A stretch of 59,030 bases of DNA, the filler included, from Sphacelaria rigidula (lineage: Eukaryota): NCBI GenBank assembly GCA_964200075.2. It is 6 parts of 6 records of this genome, joined end to end, with 100 filler letters (N's around TTAATTAATTAA, not from the genome) between each part and the next. Parts side by side here need not be neighbours in the genome. Positions count along the whole stretch, not along the records: positions 9,857 to 19,612 come from CAXNAA020007830.1; positions 19,713 to 29,467 come from CAXNAA020007831.1; 4 more parts are not named here. The stretch is one strand, 5' to 3'. Each line of letters opens with the position of its first letter. Position 1 is the first letter of the stretch. Positions 12,884 through 26,500 of the stretch are shown here, in pieces. A program made the translations under genes and the position numbers. Below the pieces are notes generated by a model. It saw only the letters and a program-made list of their open reading frames with translations, searched no databases and was not told the DNA's origin.

Positions 12884-15800
12884 CTGAACCCAGCTGTTGG
12901 CGATGCGGGTGCGATACTCCGATGTGAAGGGGCCCAGATACGATAGCGTGCCCGAGGCAATCACCACGTCACCTGTCGAGAAAGAGGGTAAGGCATTCAA
13001 GATCATTTGAAGGCATCGAAACACTGAGCCAGGACCATACTACGTTGCAAAAAGCAAGTACGATGAGCCATGGCTGGGAATTGCGATGTATAGTAAAAAG
13101 TGTATCGATGCATGAGGGGCCTTTTTTCTCGATAAAATCGAGAGCGGCAACACCCAAGAAAAATATCGACCATAATAGTGGAATAAATATTGAAATGTAC
13201 AACGGACTGTCAAAACTTGAGGCACGGGTGCTTCAACATCAAAAACTACTTTCCGACGACTGACGTCAACATGACGCGTGGCGAACTTCCTGCATCGTTT
13301 GTAGGCAACTAACTGCCCCCCCTCAGATGACACAGGCGCCACGGTAGCTACAATGGTATCAGCGCAACCAGAAGAATGCTCGGAACGGTCCCCAAAACCT
13401 CAAAACTTCAAACGAATATATTCTAGAAATGACGCCATGCTCAACGTAAAAATAACACACACGAAAGACAGAGGAGATCAGAGGCATGCCGTTCCGCGGG
13501 TTACATAACGTCCCGAGTTCCTTGTGCGTTGCCAACTGCACGATGTGGACTTTGGACTACCTGACGCAACCTGTTGGTCACCGTATGTATATGTTGCGAG
13601 AAAAAAGTGACATTAAAAATCGGAACGTCGGGCGAATAGGGAGAGGAAAAGACGCCGTCGTCTGAAAACGAGCCTCACCCGGAAGCTTGTCCATGGCAAG
13701 GGTCAAGGTGGCTACCGTTTCCTTCCATCTCTTTTCCTCTCCGCCTAGCCCCCCGATCAGCTTTTCTGCGTTCGAGAGCTGCACGACACATCTCTCGGCC
13801 TTCTGCTCTAGTTCCTGTTTGTTGGCCACAGCATCGTCGAAGCCCTTCTGCAGTTCTGCGAGTCGCTTCTGCGTAGACGCTAGCCTGGCCTTGGCATCTT
13901 TAAGCTGGGCCATCACGACGTCTAGCTCTTCTTGGGCTTCCGCTAGGGCGGCTCGCTGTCGCGAGAAACAATCATCCATTAAACCACAGCAGCACGAAAA
14001 ATCACCAAACGTTGGAAACGTTAAAAAGACGGAACCGGATTTTTGTTCCCTCTCGAAAAGTATACCGAGGCGACTGTTTTTGTTTCCGACAGCATCTACG
14101 AATTTCCATTCTCTTGTTTTTTTTACCTGTTGTCCCACGCCACCTCATGGGCGTATCTCATGGCCAGAACAAGGATACTGCCTGGAAACTTTGAGGAGTA
14201 AATATGTCATCGTCGATCACAAGCGTGATTGATGGTCGGCAACAATTCCATAGATTGAGTGAGTCGTGGGCGGTTTATTTTGCCATACATCTATCAGCTC
14301 GCGATCGGGTGCAAAACAAAAGTGTTTTGTACCCTTTTGATGTTGACCAAACATTTCATTTTCCTGGAACAAACAGCCTACGGTTAGCGTAGTGCACATC
14401 ATGTCTTACAGGCCTATTTCCACCGTGACCCGTTTCGTATCAGCATTGAATCGTGAAATATTTTCATGACGCCCACCGCCAGCGCTTTCAGGCCTCGGGA
14501 CCCACACAGACCTTGGGGGCGACGCCCAGCGCAACGAAATGGTACTGGTACATTGCCAAGGCCCACATGCAGATAGCCGTACAAGCGCTGGAGGCCTTCG
14601 CAATCTGCTCGGGTGTGAAATCCGGATTGCTTTGGAAGGGCTCCACCTGGTCACAGCGTTAAGGAAGGACGTGGGAGACGACGCACTGGTTGACGGGGGC
14701 AAAGGTTGCTTAGTATTCTCAGCGATTCGCTCGACTACTCTATCCTCGCCAAAGGTGGTGAACGGCTTCGTGAGACCATACGCATCGGCGAACAGCTGCT
14801 GCTAACGTTCGAACCTCATCCGCTTCCGTGATCTGCCTTTCAGTATTGGAACCTCGAATATTTACGTCGTTGTACTTCTGTTGTGTTTCCATGATGATGC
14901 TACTTGACGAGAACCCGAGAGAGATCGTGGTTCCTGGTTTCCCCTCCTCGTTGCCATCGGCTTTTCTTTTGTCCGCTCTTCTTGTCTTGTTCGGATCTTT
15001 CTGTCTGACGTTGTTCGGTCTCCGGTGCGCAGGCTCTGTACAAGAGCTCGTTGAAGATCACTCTAGACAGTAGATCTATTCCGGGATCGGGCTCTGTTCT
15101 ACGCGACAGTTTCGATTATCGGCTAACTCGCTGTTACTTCTTTTTTTTTCTCACACTTTGAACCCCTCCCCTTCCTCGGGATGAGTCCGTGGTCTCAAGG
15201 GATCAACCCATCTCTCCCCCGGTACGTGCCTTTCATTTTGATCTCGCGGATTGGATCAGCACTCCCGCACCGCGTCAACTCACGTCACATAAACCTAGTC
15301 GACTACTTTTGTTTCCTCACGTTCTCACGCTTTCCACGGTGGAAGTCATACATGACGAAGAAAAAAAACAACGAATCGGGAATCGACCCCCGTTCTTTCC
15401 ACCCTAATGGCGACAGTCGGACCATTACACCACCGGGGCGCGGCGACCTACGCTGTGTATACACCAGTACGTGGCAAGGTAGTCGGAGAGAATCGCACGC
15501 GGGGACTTCTTAGATTCCAGTGGGTCTCCTGTAGGTCAATCGATCTTATTCGGATCTGTGTAGGTGCCTTTTTTCGTGTAGATGTTTTGTTTCTTGCCGT
15601 CCTCCGCGGGCTGTTTGATTTACGGGTATGGGTGGTATGTTCCTTGCACTCTGTGACCAGGGGTTCGAGAGATCGGGCCAATGTGACAAATATGATGATA
15701 ATAAGAATAAGAAGAAGAAGAATTAGAATTATAATAATAACGTTAATAATCATAAAAATAATAGTAATAATCATAATAATAGTCATAATAATAGAAATCA

Positions 15801-15907
15801 TAATAATAGAAATCATAATAATTATAATCATAATAATCATAATAATCATAATAATCAAAGTAAAAATAATCATGATAACAACAACAACAATAATAATAAT
15901 AATAATA

Positions 15908-15950
<43 letters not shown>

Positions 15951-18900
15951 TAATAATTATAATTATAATTATAATAGTAATAATAGTAATAGAAACAATA
16001 ATAATAACAACAATAATAATAACAATAATAACAATAATAATAATAATAATAATCATAATCATAATCATAATCCTAATCATAATAATCATAATAACAATAA
16101 TAATGATAATAGTAATGATAATAATATTCATAAAAATAATAATAAAAATAATCATAAAAATAATGATAATGATAATGATAATGATAATGAAAATAAAAAT
16201 AAAATAAAATAAAATAAAAATGAAAATAAAAATAAAAATAATAATAACAATAATAATAATAATAATAATCATAATAATAATAATCATAATAATAATAATC
16301 ATATAATAATAATCATAATAATAATCATAATCACAATCATAATCATAATCATAATAGTAATCATAATAATAATGCACCGGCGCTGCACGCCACTAACTGA
16401 CCTTCTTGATGATTTTATCGGGTATATTGTCCTTGTCGAACTTGACGAGAGAGTCCATGAAGCCCTTAGCATCGGCCAACAGCTGCTTCTTTGCCGGTTC
16501 CCAGTAGTCATCTACCTGCAAGCACGTAACATGACTGCGCGAGCTTCAGCACTATCATACAGTAGAACAATTGCGTGTGGGCAATTATATTTTTGCGTTA
16601 CCGTGTTTTTTCGTCATAATTTGGAACTACTGTAGTTCGCGTTATCCGAGAAAACGGACGTGCTTCACCGATTAATCACGTCTGCTTCACGTTGTCCGTG
16701 CATATTTTCGATGAGCGGATGGTTATTTCCCACAGCATATCGCGTGCAGATAGATCCGTAAGGGTGCACAAATATGCTACGTTGATTTGATCGACACTTT
16801 ACCTTAGGTCATGCTAGGTGGTACAAAAGTATCATGAAAATATGGTTCCGAGTAAAAGTCAACTTCCAGGCGAAGTTTCGAGCCTGCTGGGCATGAACCA
16901 CTGGACCGATACAGCACACAGCACCTTTTTGCCACTGTCCGGATCTTTGACCTTGACGGGCTTCACATCGAACATCAAGCAGCACACCTCCATTGTTAGC
17001 TTTACACCCTTCGGAGGCGTCTTGAGACTTTTGACCTGGCTCAGGAAGCAACACCGTGGGGTTCGCGTTCAGGGCGCAACACAATCTGTGAGAATTGATT
17101 CAGGCGGCACTATTATTCCAGCGTACCATTTTCATTTTTCGCCCCCGAAGGCGTCACTACTCACCAGATAATCGAGAAAATCATCAAATATTGGAGCTCG
17201 GTAATGATGTTAATGGTTATATGAAAAAATCGGATGATGGTTTCACACCAGTTTTTACCGCTACTGGCTTTATAAGCCGTTACCGGCCACTTGAGATACA
17301 TACAACACTTAAAAATTGGCCCGAATTTTACGTGTTCTTTAGCTCTCGTGAAGCCAAATCGCGAAAAACGTGCCTTCGGCACGGCGCCTTCGGCGGGGTC
17401 CCCTCTGTCCGGGTGGGGGCGTACTCATTTGTTGCTTGCCTTAGTCGTTTGACCATTGACCACGCATCCCGTTCGAGACGGAGCTCTGTCCGGGTGGGGG
17501 GAGGGCGTACTCGTTTATTTGTTGCTTGCCTTAGTCGTGTGACCATTGACCACACATGCTTTTCGAGACGGAGCCCGAGGGGGGCTTTTTGGTTCGCGGC
17601 TGCGCCGCTCGATGATCTAACCCTTATGTACCATTTGACTGGTTGATGGTTAGACCAACCATTTTCGAGCACTATAAAAAAAACTGTATCAGTAATGATA
17701 TTCAGGAAAATATGGCGAAGTGTTCCTGTATCAGTTGAGCCCGCCAGCGCAATTTTTCGGTGAAATGTTTCAACGCAATCCAAAAACCCATACATGTGGT
17801 GTCTACGCCTCCGGTGCCGTCCACGCCTTCACTCGCTCGAGGCCGTAAACGGATTCACCGTCGGACCACGGAAATTTGGATTCATAAACAACGTCAACCT
17901 ATCCTCAATGTGCTAAGCATTCTCCTTCTGATGTAAAACAAAACACATTAGACTCATTGATCCATTCGTGATCTATCTCTTCTTACGACTGTCGGTCATA
18001 TTCCACTTTTACTAATAATAATAGCAGTTGCAATATGCTGGGCTCTGCTTGGGGGCTCTCCGGGCTTTTTGGTGGGCGTTTAGGCGCATGAATATATTTA
18101 ATCTCATGGCCGACTAGGTGACGTCTTTCGAGTGCTCTTTTTATGATGCCGTTTAATGTGGAACACTGTCGCTGACCACATGTCTCATTGCCTAGTAGTT
18201 CGCCGGATAATTCGCTGCATGTACCATCAATACTTTCACTAGCGTAAGCGGAAAAGTGATGACAGAAACTCGTTTTGTATTAACGCTTTGCACGTTGTGC
18301 CAAAATATATACTCAAAGCAAGGGAGATTCAACCTGATGCTTCCGTGCTGGGGTGTCAAGTGGACCGACATCAAGAGATGTGTCAATATACCAAAGGCAA
18401 ACCGCGGGCTACATCACAATCAAAGCAGTCGAGAGCGCCAAGAACAAACGCGAGCCATCGGGGCAGCCCGTCGTGAACTCAAGTGCCGGTCATTCGTGTT
18501 GCAGACATTCACGTATTTTTAGACGTATCAGTTGCGTATACGTATGGTCTGACTGTGAAGAAAGCAAACGAAACCTCCATGCTCCATATACACGTTCAAC
18601 AATCTTTTCGTGAGATTGAGAGTAGGGGATGAGAGTGAAAAGCGATCAATTAGTGAATGAATCGTTTCAGTTCCGAAATACCCCTGCACGAGGCCCAATA
18701 TGATTTCTGTATTGTAGTAGCTTGGCACTGATGCCCGTGATATCCCTGAGTAGGATATTGACGTGTAGCTGTAAGCACACGCCAGTGATGGAGGCAAAGA
18801 AAATCACACACGGAATGAATAATCGGCCGAGTTGAAGCGATTCGTCAAATCCATTCTCAATCAGTGCTCTACTCTCAATCTCACGAAAACATTGTTGTTT

Positions 18901-19050
18901 GACGCTCCGAGTTTCACCACCACGTAGTCTTACCTCGTCAATATCGGCCTTTTTGAGAGAGTTGAGACAAGCGACAGCAGACTCTAGAGCAGGAAGAGCC
19001 AGATCCAGATCCCTCTGTGCATCGTCAGCGATAGCTTTTGTTGCGGCAGC
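12884..19050 (-). CDS. DHC: Axonemal dynein heavy chain, partial (coiled-coil stalk, microtubule-binding domain and start of the linker to AAA5); 6 exons
   Basis: GT-AG exons join in phase: 18934-19050 (AAATKAIADDAQRDLDLALPALESAVACLNSLKKADIDE), 16925-17035 (VKSLKTPPKGVKLTMEVCCLMFDVKPVKVKDPDSGKK), 16402-16515 (VDDYWEPAKKQLLADAKGFMDSLVKFDKDNIPDKIIKK), 14512-14646 (VEPFQSNPDFTPEQIAKASSACTAICMWALAMYQYHFVALGVAPK), 13679-13955 (RAALAEAQ...AEKLIGGLGGEEKRWKET...KLP), 12884-12972 (GDVVIASGTLSYLGPFTSEYRTRIANSWVQ). These are hallmark DHC motifs. PP.GVKL.ME and DDYW suggest the single-headed inner-arm class. Confidence 0.96.
15141..15439 (-). mobile_element. tRNA-derived SINE, family 1 (near full length)
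   Basis: On the minus strand: A-box-like TGGTGTAATGG and B-box-like GGGTCGATTCCC in a tRNA-like head. The body is shared with 24085-24185 and 36022-36140, and it ends in an A-rich tail. Confidence 0.65.
15692..16373. repeat. Compound ATA/ATC/ATG/ACA trinucleotide microsatellite (~680 nt) in a dynein intron
   Basis: Directly visible. It generates the poly-Ile ORFs on both strands. Confidence 0.97.
17403..17573 (+). repeat. Two-unit tandem repeat (~82 nt)
   Basis: CTCTGTCCGGGTGGGGG..CGTACTC..TTTGTTGCTTGCCTTAGTCGT.TGACCATTGACCAC.CAT...TTCGAGACGGAGC occurs twice. Confidence 0.85.
18597..18897. mobile_element. MITE family A (~300 nt) in a dynein intron
   Basis: ~29-nt TIRs: CAACAATCTTTTCGTGAGATTGAGAGTAG ... 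CTACTCTCAATCTCACGAAAACATTGTTG. The internal sequence is shared with the copy at 39747-40032 in opposite orientation. Confidence 0.85.
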
Positions 19051-19478
19051 CTGGCAAGCAGCACATTTGATAGGGACATGCACTGGTTGTAAATTTGAAA
19101 ACAAATACACGATCATGGTCGGCGAAACGCATCGCTGCGTTTGTCAATACGGAGTTATTGTAAAAACAAGATATGTGTACACTATTCCGGAGTCACCACA
19201 ACGCGCGCAGAAAGGTCTCAATTTGTTGGGTGCGGTGATTTGCATCACCCTGTCGAGAGCCACAGCCGTGCACATCCCATGCGTCTTTGTCCCGGTAAAC
19301 CATCCTAGCTACGTATATAGCTAAGCCCTATGTATTGCACGACGCAGCCGGCGCACTAGATGTAATGTGGGAGTGCCCTGTTACAGAGAGCCACACCCCC
19401 AGTGTCGTTATGGGTAGATGGTGTTTAGCGGGGAACTGGTAGTTCTGAATATATCAGACGTGAACTGGATGGTTCTAC

Positions 19479-19612
19479 ATTATTTTTCATATTATTCATA
19501 TTATTCATATTATTCATATTGCTCATCTTATTCATGCTATTCATGTTGTTCATATTATTCATATTGTTGTTGTTAGTAGTATTATAGTAGTAGTACTAGT
19601 AGTAGTAGTACT
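19479..19612. repeat. TATTATTCA 9-mer array followed by (TAG)n
   Basis: Directly visible at the contig end. Confidence 0.9.
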
Positions 19613-19712
19613 NNNNNNNNNNNNNNNNNNNNNNNNNNNNNNNNNNNNNNNNNNNNTTAATTAATTAANNNNNNNNNNNNNNNNNNNNNNNNNNNNNNNN
19701 NNNNNNNNNNNN
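19613..19712. other. Artificial contig spacer
   Basis: N44-TTAATTAATTAA-N44. Confidence 0.98.
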
Positions 19713-20512
19713 GATGCACCTACATACACCGAAAGATGTAGAGTGGTGCCCAGAATAAATGGGATGACAACACACAACACACACACACCCCTTGCAGCTA
19801 TAGGTGGCCGCAGGGTGAGTGTCTGCACGAAACCTCGGCGACAGGTAAAACTATTCGGTCTGACGCTCCCATTTGTTTCAGCTCCTCACTGCTACGGCAC
19901 CTGCACTAGGAGTGACGTGTAATGCTGACGCCCACCGGGGCTTGACAATGCACGGCACAGTAAGATGGCCAAGCAGGCGCATTTGAACACTCTGAATACC
20001 TAAACTTCACGTGCGAACTTCGAGAAAGTCTATGTGGCGTGACTTGATGTCTACTTTCACGTATCAAGCGTGCCATCGGCGGGGCACTCGACAACGTTAT
20101 GCGTACGACAAAAGTCGTCCTAATGCTAATGTACCGAGGATATGAACTATATTGTATTCCCAGACTCGCCACAGGGCACCTTGCTTCTCTATTCCCATGG
20201 TTAAACGTGCCCCCGACCGAGTCTGATAAGTCAATACGATCGATCGGCCGACGGAGGTCTCGTATGAGGGGAGATTCAGGAATCAAGATATCCTTTTTGG
20301 GCTTACTGCAGCCGAACGCCGTACTTTGGGCACTTGCCACAGAATGCAGTTCATTTTTACCACACGAAGAGAGCATGCTCCGTGCGTCTCGATGTGGCGG
20401 TGCAACCGTCTGGTGTTCTCGTCTGAACCGACGGTACTTTAATCAAAATAGAGTAACCAACTTTCTTTTCCCGCATTGTTTTTCTGCTCGCTGTCTGTCG
20501 CTGCACGTGCAG

Positions 20513-23500
20513 CTCTTCCCGATGGCCGCGAGCGTGCGGTGGAGATGCGAATCACCGCTCGCAAACCAAACTACAGTGGTGACAACGATGTGCGTGACGG
20601 CTTCAGAGAAAGGGTTTGGTTTACCGTCCTACACGTTCTCTTCGAGACATTGCTAGATTTACCATATGTACGCGATTGCATATCAAACATGTCTTTTGTT
20701 TGCCAAGACCAGAAGCCTGTGGTCTGTTTTCCTTCTAGAGCAAGATTGCGGTCATACTGTGCTCACCGCCTCTCCCGCTGTGTACCCATTCCACTGTGGT
20801 GTCCAATCCTGGCACGGAGCACAAACAACTACTTCGCTCAGAACTTTAACTGGAAAGTAGTATGCTCTATTTTCTGCTGCTGAAGTATCGCACAGCTTCT
20901 GTCACGTTGAAAACTATGAGTGAATCACAGAAAGAAACAACGATTGGCCCGTGGACGTACTGTCGTGTCCTCGAGCTTGCATTGCATCATTGTGTCGTTT
21001 TCCTATTCCCACCCCCTATCCGCCACGTGTGTCTCGAGTTCTGTACCCCCATCAGTCCAAGCTCTGTTTTTCAGAGGAGCTGTAGAAACCCCCCAAAATC
21101 GGTCATGAACTGTAGCACCAGTGTTTAAAGCAAAGTTATCTCCGTAATCCTCTCCTCGCCCTCGCCGTTACACCGGATGTGCGCTGAATTCTGGCATATT
21201 TCGTCACATAGTTCGAGGAGATGTCGGTGATCAGCTCCGGCGAAACGGACGGGTTTGAAACCTACGACTTTGACCATTTCACCAATCACATAACCATCTC
21301 CGGGAAATTCCGCATCATCGACGACATTATCAGCATTTCCGAGGTGGGTCGGGAGCATCGTGACTCACAGTGCACCGTGGTGTGACGAAGTACAACACCC
21401 TCAGTTGCTATCGGCGCGGCCTTGTCTTTTGTAAGAGTGTTGCGGCAACTGCGCCACAATGTGTGTCGTTAGAAAACCTCGCCAAGGTGTTATGATTCGG
21501 CGGGACCTCTTTGGTGTGCCGAGTACTATGCTCCCCAGAAGGAGCACGGTCAAAAGCTGAATTCGCCTGAGGTTATCATAGTCTACTCCGTTGTATGTGG
21601 TGTATCTTCCGATGGACATAGTGGCGTAGACCCGTCGCAGTGTACCGAGTCCGGAGCACGACGACCATTCCTCGAAGAGCTCCATGTGAAACCGAGTTCC
21701 GTACTTGTGATGCTCGCAGGACGGTCTGTACCCGTCTATGCCGTCTCGATTCCCCCTTTCCTAAGGTCAAAATACTCGCCGAGCTTAGTATGGCTTACAG
21801 CGCTGCCTGTCACCTAATATTCCATGCCACGCTATGTTCGTCGAGGTTATCGGGCCTCCCTGCAGAAAAGATGAGCCATAGCTAGTGCAGATCAAACCCG
21901 GGTATGGACAGAAGTTTTTTTTCCTTTCTTGAAATAATACGTGTGCATTCGGAAGTCCAGCGCTCTCAGGCTTTGCGCTGAAGAACATCTATCAGTACAT
22001 GTTATTTTTACCATATCTGCCAACTCTATGGTGCATGTAAACAAGGAGATGATTTCTCGAAGCGAAGACTTCGCCAGGTACCAATCCGGTGCTACGAGGA
22101 CACCGTGCGTTGCGTTGCGCTCCGGGTGCTGCACCGGGATTCGACGGTTTGCTGGCTGCGCCGACTGATGCCGATTATGCCCATGCTCTCGCACCATGCT
22201 AAAATATAGTATATTATGTCGACGTTTTCTCGTGGCCCTGCTATTTTCACCTCGATCACCCGTCTGTCGGCTTCTCGCGTTTCTCGCCGGGGAGTGCAGG
22301 TAGAGTTTCAGGAGAATGTGGAGACCGGCGTCATTCCCATCTACAGCTTTGACATCCCCAGAGAGAGCGGAGACGGCCTATGGGATGTAAGTGACTAGCG
22401 CATCAAAACCCGTCCGGACGTTGAGGGACCTCGGGCGGCTGGTACTGATACGAACGGTACTGGTATACCCGATCACATTCTCGTATTTGGCGATGGTAAT
22501 CTATTGTAGATTGTAAACAACCAGTGGATATGCAGTGCTCAAGATTCTTCAGAGACTGCAGATATCGAGAGCCAATGATGCCGATTCCAACGCATTTGTT
22601 TTTCACCAACGGAAGACAAGGGTGCGTCTACAAGCGGCCACGTTCAACACCCATACACCCCCAGTTGTTGCTTTTGTTACACTTCAATATCTCAAATGCA
22701 TTCAGAAGAGCAATGGCAGAAGCCACTCATCACCACACCTTGAACGCCTACGGTCTGTGTTCTGCATTGAGTTAGTACTGAAGCGGGTCTAGGCTTTGTG
22801 CTGATGATTGATTTCATATCTACCAGGTGGCGACGACGGATGGCTTCGAGTGGCAGACAGCTTCCGACGAGGCTGTGGGGCTGACTCTGGGCTTCAAGCT
22901 TGCGTACTACGCCACGGTGTCGGCGATACAGCTCAAGTTTCCCGTCGGCGTGACTTACCAGTTTGATGCCACAGTGCACTTCGTGAACGATAACGAAGAT
23001 AGCGCCTTTTCAGTCCAGGTTGGAACATGACTTGATAGCGTACGGCTCGCCATGGAATACAGACGACGCAGATAGTATTTGACAACAGTTGGAGGCGTCA
23101 ATTGACCTGCGAAGGTTTGTCCGTCTGGATTTGCAGAATTTATGGTCGACCTGACCGAGATGTGTTCCTCATGTATTCTTCCCTTAGATGTGTGTCTCGC
23201 ACGATGTCAGCGTGTGCTCCTGATTGCCTGTATCCGGCAGTCTCTGCTTGTTTGAGGCCACCTTCGTATTCATCAGAAGAGGTCGCCTGTTTTTTTCCGC
23301 AGTTGTGCTCGCGTTTTTTTTCTTTTTACCATTTGAACCATTGTCCTCGAGTCGGGGGCTGCAGTGGACCAAGCCGCTAAATGACATCACAGAGTTCACG
23401 TACGATCAAGGAAGTTCGAAAATGTCTTTGACAGCTGAAGGGTGGGGGTGAGGTGTGTGGCTCACATACTAGCGTTGTCAAGTATCAGTATTGAATGGAA

Positions 23501-26500
23501 CTGTGATACCAGTATTGTCGAGCATCACCATTGAATATAATTGTGAGACATGGTGCTAGTTGACCTTTGCTTGTCAAGAACGCTCAGACATGCCCCGCCG
23601 TCGTTGCAACATTAAAAATGAGTCCCTCTCCACAGTAACACTTATGTTGCACTCTCTTTTACAACGAATGAAAAGCACGTGAACGGTTACTTTCAAAGTC
23701 TGGCACGAACGTGAAGAGCGTATTGATGATCTGTTGGACAATAAGCATGCCATGATCACAATAGCAACGAAATAACCTACACACAGTGATTAACCCGTAC
23801 GCTCTCCATGCATCGTACCATGCCGGGACGTCTTCCGACAGGGTCTTCAAAGCAACAAAAGCGATCCAGGATTCCAGTCGTTCCCGCTAGCTGTCCCCCA
23901 AGCCAATGTCGCCATCCAGGTTGATATAACGATGCGAGGGACAGTAGGAGGAGGCAGCGGCTTCAAGTTACTCGACGCCAGAGTGATGGGCAGCGCCGTC
24001 GAGAACCCCACTGATATCACCCATGTGAGAATAATTTATACCTTCGCCATAGCTCCAACCTTTCATCCCCGGCACGAGTTGGTTGTCTCAAGGGAATAGC
24101 ATATTCCATATCTCCCACGGTACATGCCTGCCATTTTGGTATCGTGGATAGGATAAGCACTCCCGCACCGGTGTCAACTCTCGCCGAAAATCGTTGTCGT
24201 TAGTTGCTGACGCTCTCACGTGTTGACTGGCCGAAGGAAACCAGACTCTTCTCCAAAACTTTTCGTATCTTTTCGGGATCGCAACCCTCAACGCAACACC
24301 TGACGCCTGTAGCCAAATGATACCAAGCCGTAGGTTTCAGTATAATCGCATGCATGATTGGAGCAGTGGCAGGGGACAGGGGATCCTCGATTGATTGCCC
24401 TTTCCTGTGTGGCCCCTTGCTGTCTGGCTCGTGATGTGATCTGTTGAGGATCACTCCTCGATAATGACAAGTTAGGAGAAAAGACTTGTCGAGCACGAGG
24501 CCAGTGATACTGGAGGAGTCCCTCGTTGAAAGTCCTCCGGTCCAGATCGTCTGGCAGGGGCTATAGGCCTCAATGTGTACTCGGTGAACCACTGGGGCGA
24601 AGCGGCAGCTGGACGGTGTAATTTCGCATTACTTCACCAGCTTGATCATGTGGAGCGGAAATCGAATGCCGACATCCTGATATAGAAAAAAAATATGTTG
24701 GTACAACGGATAATTCTCAAGCTAGCCCCGAGCCTGTGTGCCACGCGTGCTCCGGTGTACAGAGCACAGGACGCATTGCTTCTTCTGGTTCTCAACATCG
24801 TGATGCTGTTTTAAAGGACGTACCACTAAGGATACTTGACGTTGGCTTTTTATACCGACGTCTCATTGAAACAGGAAACGGCTGCGAAAGACCGTTTCCA
24901 GTCGAACGTACGTTCAAGGTAGAAGATCACTCTCCTCCCGCGTATCACCACCTTAGGGGATTTGCCTGTGGACCGGCAGACAATACAAAATCCTTCGCGT
25001 GTGACCTCAGTTACGGTCGACTGCGTTCCGTTCCCAGTTGAATAAACGTTGCCCCACGTGCCGACAACAAAACTTAGGTCGGGTCCGTCAGAATTGAAGA
25101 TTGGAATACCGAGCAATACCCCGACTTCGTGGCGGAGGGTACGGGCGATCAGCGAGCCATCATGGGTGCCATCTGCAAGGTTAAGAGTGGGGCATTTGAC
25201 GGCGTGGATTGCGCCGACGTGGATGACGCAGCCACCGGAACGGTGAGGATTGTGGACGCGCAACTGGCGCAATGTATTGCAAAGAAACTAACGCTTTCAG
25301 GATAGACACAGCGTAGCAGACCACGCGGTAGGAATCGGAGACGGCCCATTGTACCATTCATTCGAAATTGGTGAGCGTACGATAACGCGGGAAACGGCAC
25401 CCACCAGGGGTATGTATGCCTGCTGCCCGTTTTCTCCACGGTTTACCGTATTTGCTTTAGTACATTGAACGGACGGGTCGGGTGCTACTCGACTTGCCTC
25501 AGACTGCTGGTAGGGGATTTTTCCACGCGCTGTCCCGTTTTGCGAGGGGATACGTGACGTAGTGCCGGGAAGTGCACAGCCCTCAAGCCCTTTTTGAGAT
25601 CTGGAGTGACTGACTGCCAGCATCCTACATAGCTGAAGCGATGAAAGCGCACCAGCCTCCCCGTGAATGGAAAAGAGTTTCTCCGTTTCGTAGGTGGTAT
25701 ATAATGTATCGTTTGTCATACTCCGTCAGGTGCATCTTCCGTCGGGCGAGTGGCATGTGGATGGCAGCATCTTCATGGAATCGGGGGTTTACCTCAAAGG
25801 AAGGTACGACACACTGTCGCCCATCGCCCATAATCAAAGCCATACACGTATCTGTCAAAGTTGTCATGCGTTGCCGCCATCTGATATAACACCAGACTCG
25901 GGATCTCCCGCAACAACAATTGACGTCCGCGAATACATGGTGCCCTCTGTCCCGTTTCGTTGGGATCATACCAGTTGCTGAGCCCCTTCTGATCATGGAA
26001 ATAGCCTTGATCCTGATCCAACGCAACGCTGATTCTAGCCCCGTCGCAAACAAGATCCAAGAAGTGCTCGATTGTGTGCGGATTATCACCATGGTTTTCG
26101 GGACCCCATGCGCATTTCGGGACAAAACAATCAACCTAAACAGCACATATACACACATACATTTATATATATATATATATAGCCTGCACGTATCATCATG
26201 TCCGGAGTTATCAGGATGTGATGCGATGCGCGTGTCCGCACGGATTATGACCATACAACGTGTCACGTGGCATACGAGTGATGCTACGACAGTCTCGCGC
26301 AGAGAAGTGGCCGGTTTGAGTAGGCAAAATCTACCTGCGGATCAAAGTGACAGAAGACGGGCACACTGAGCAGCTGGAAACTCCCACGCCTTGGATCTTT
26401 TTCGGCAATATCGCCCAACAAGGTTTTACATGCAGTCTAAAACCAGCTACCATGCGCTGTATGACCATTGTGCTCCTGGCGGTTTGGGGGGATTGGTTTT

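Noticed and set aside
13687-14232. 181-aa plus-strand ORF
   Set aside because: Antisense shadow of the dynein coiled-coil exon.
15407-16377. 266-aa and 309-aa poly-Ile ORFs
   Set aside because: Translations of an intronic ATN microsatellite on both strands.
23365-23448. Extra candidate exon WTKPLNDITEFTYDQG in the beta-helix gene
   Set aside because: The flanking exons already join in phase and read continuously without it.
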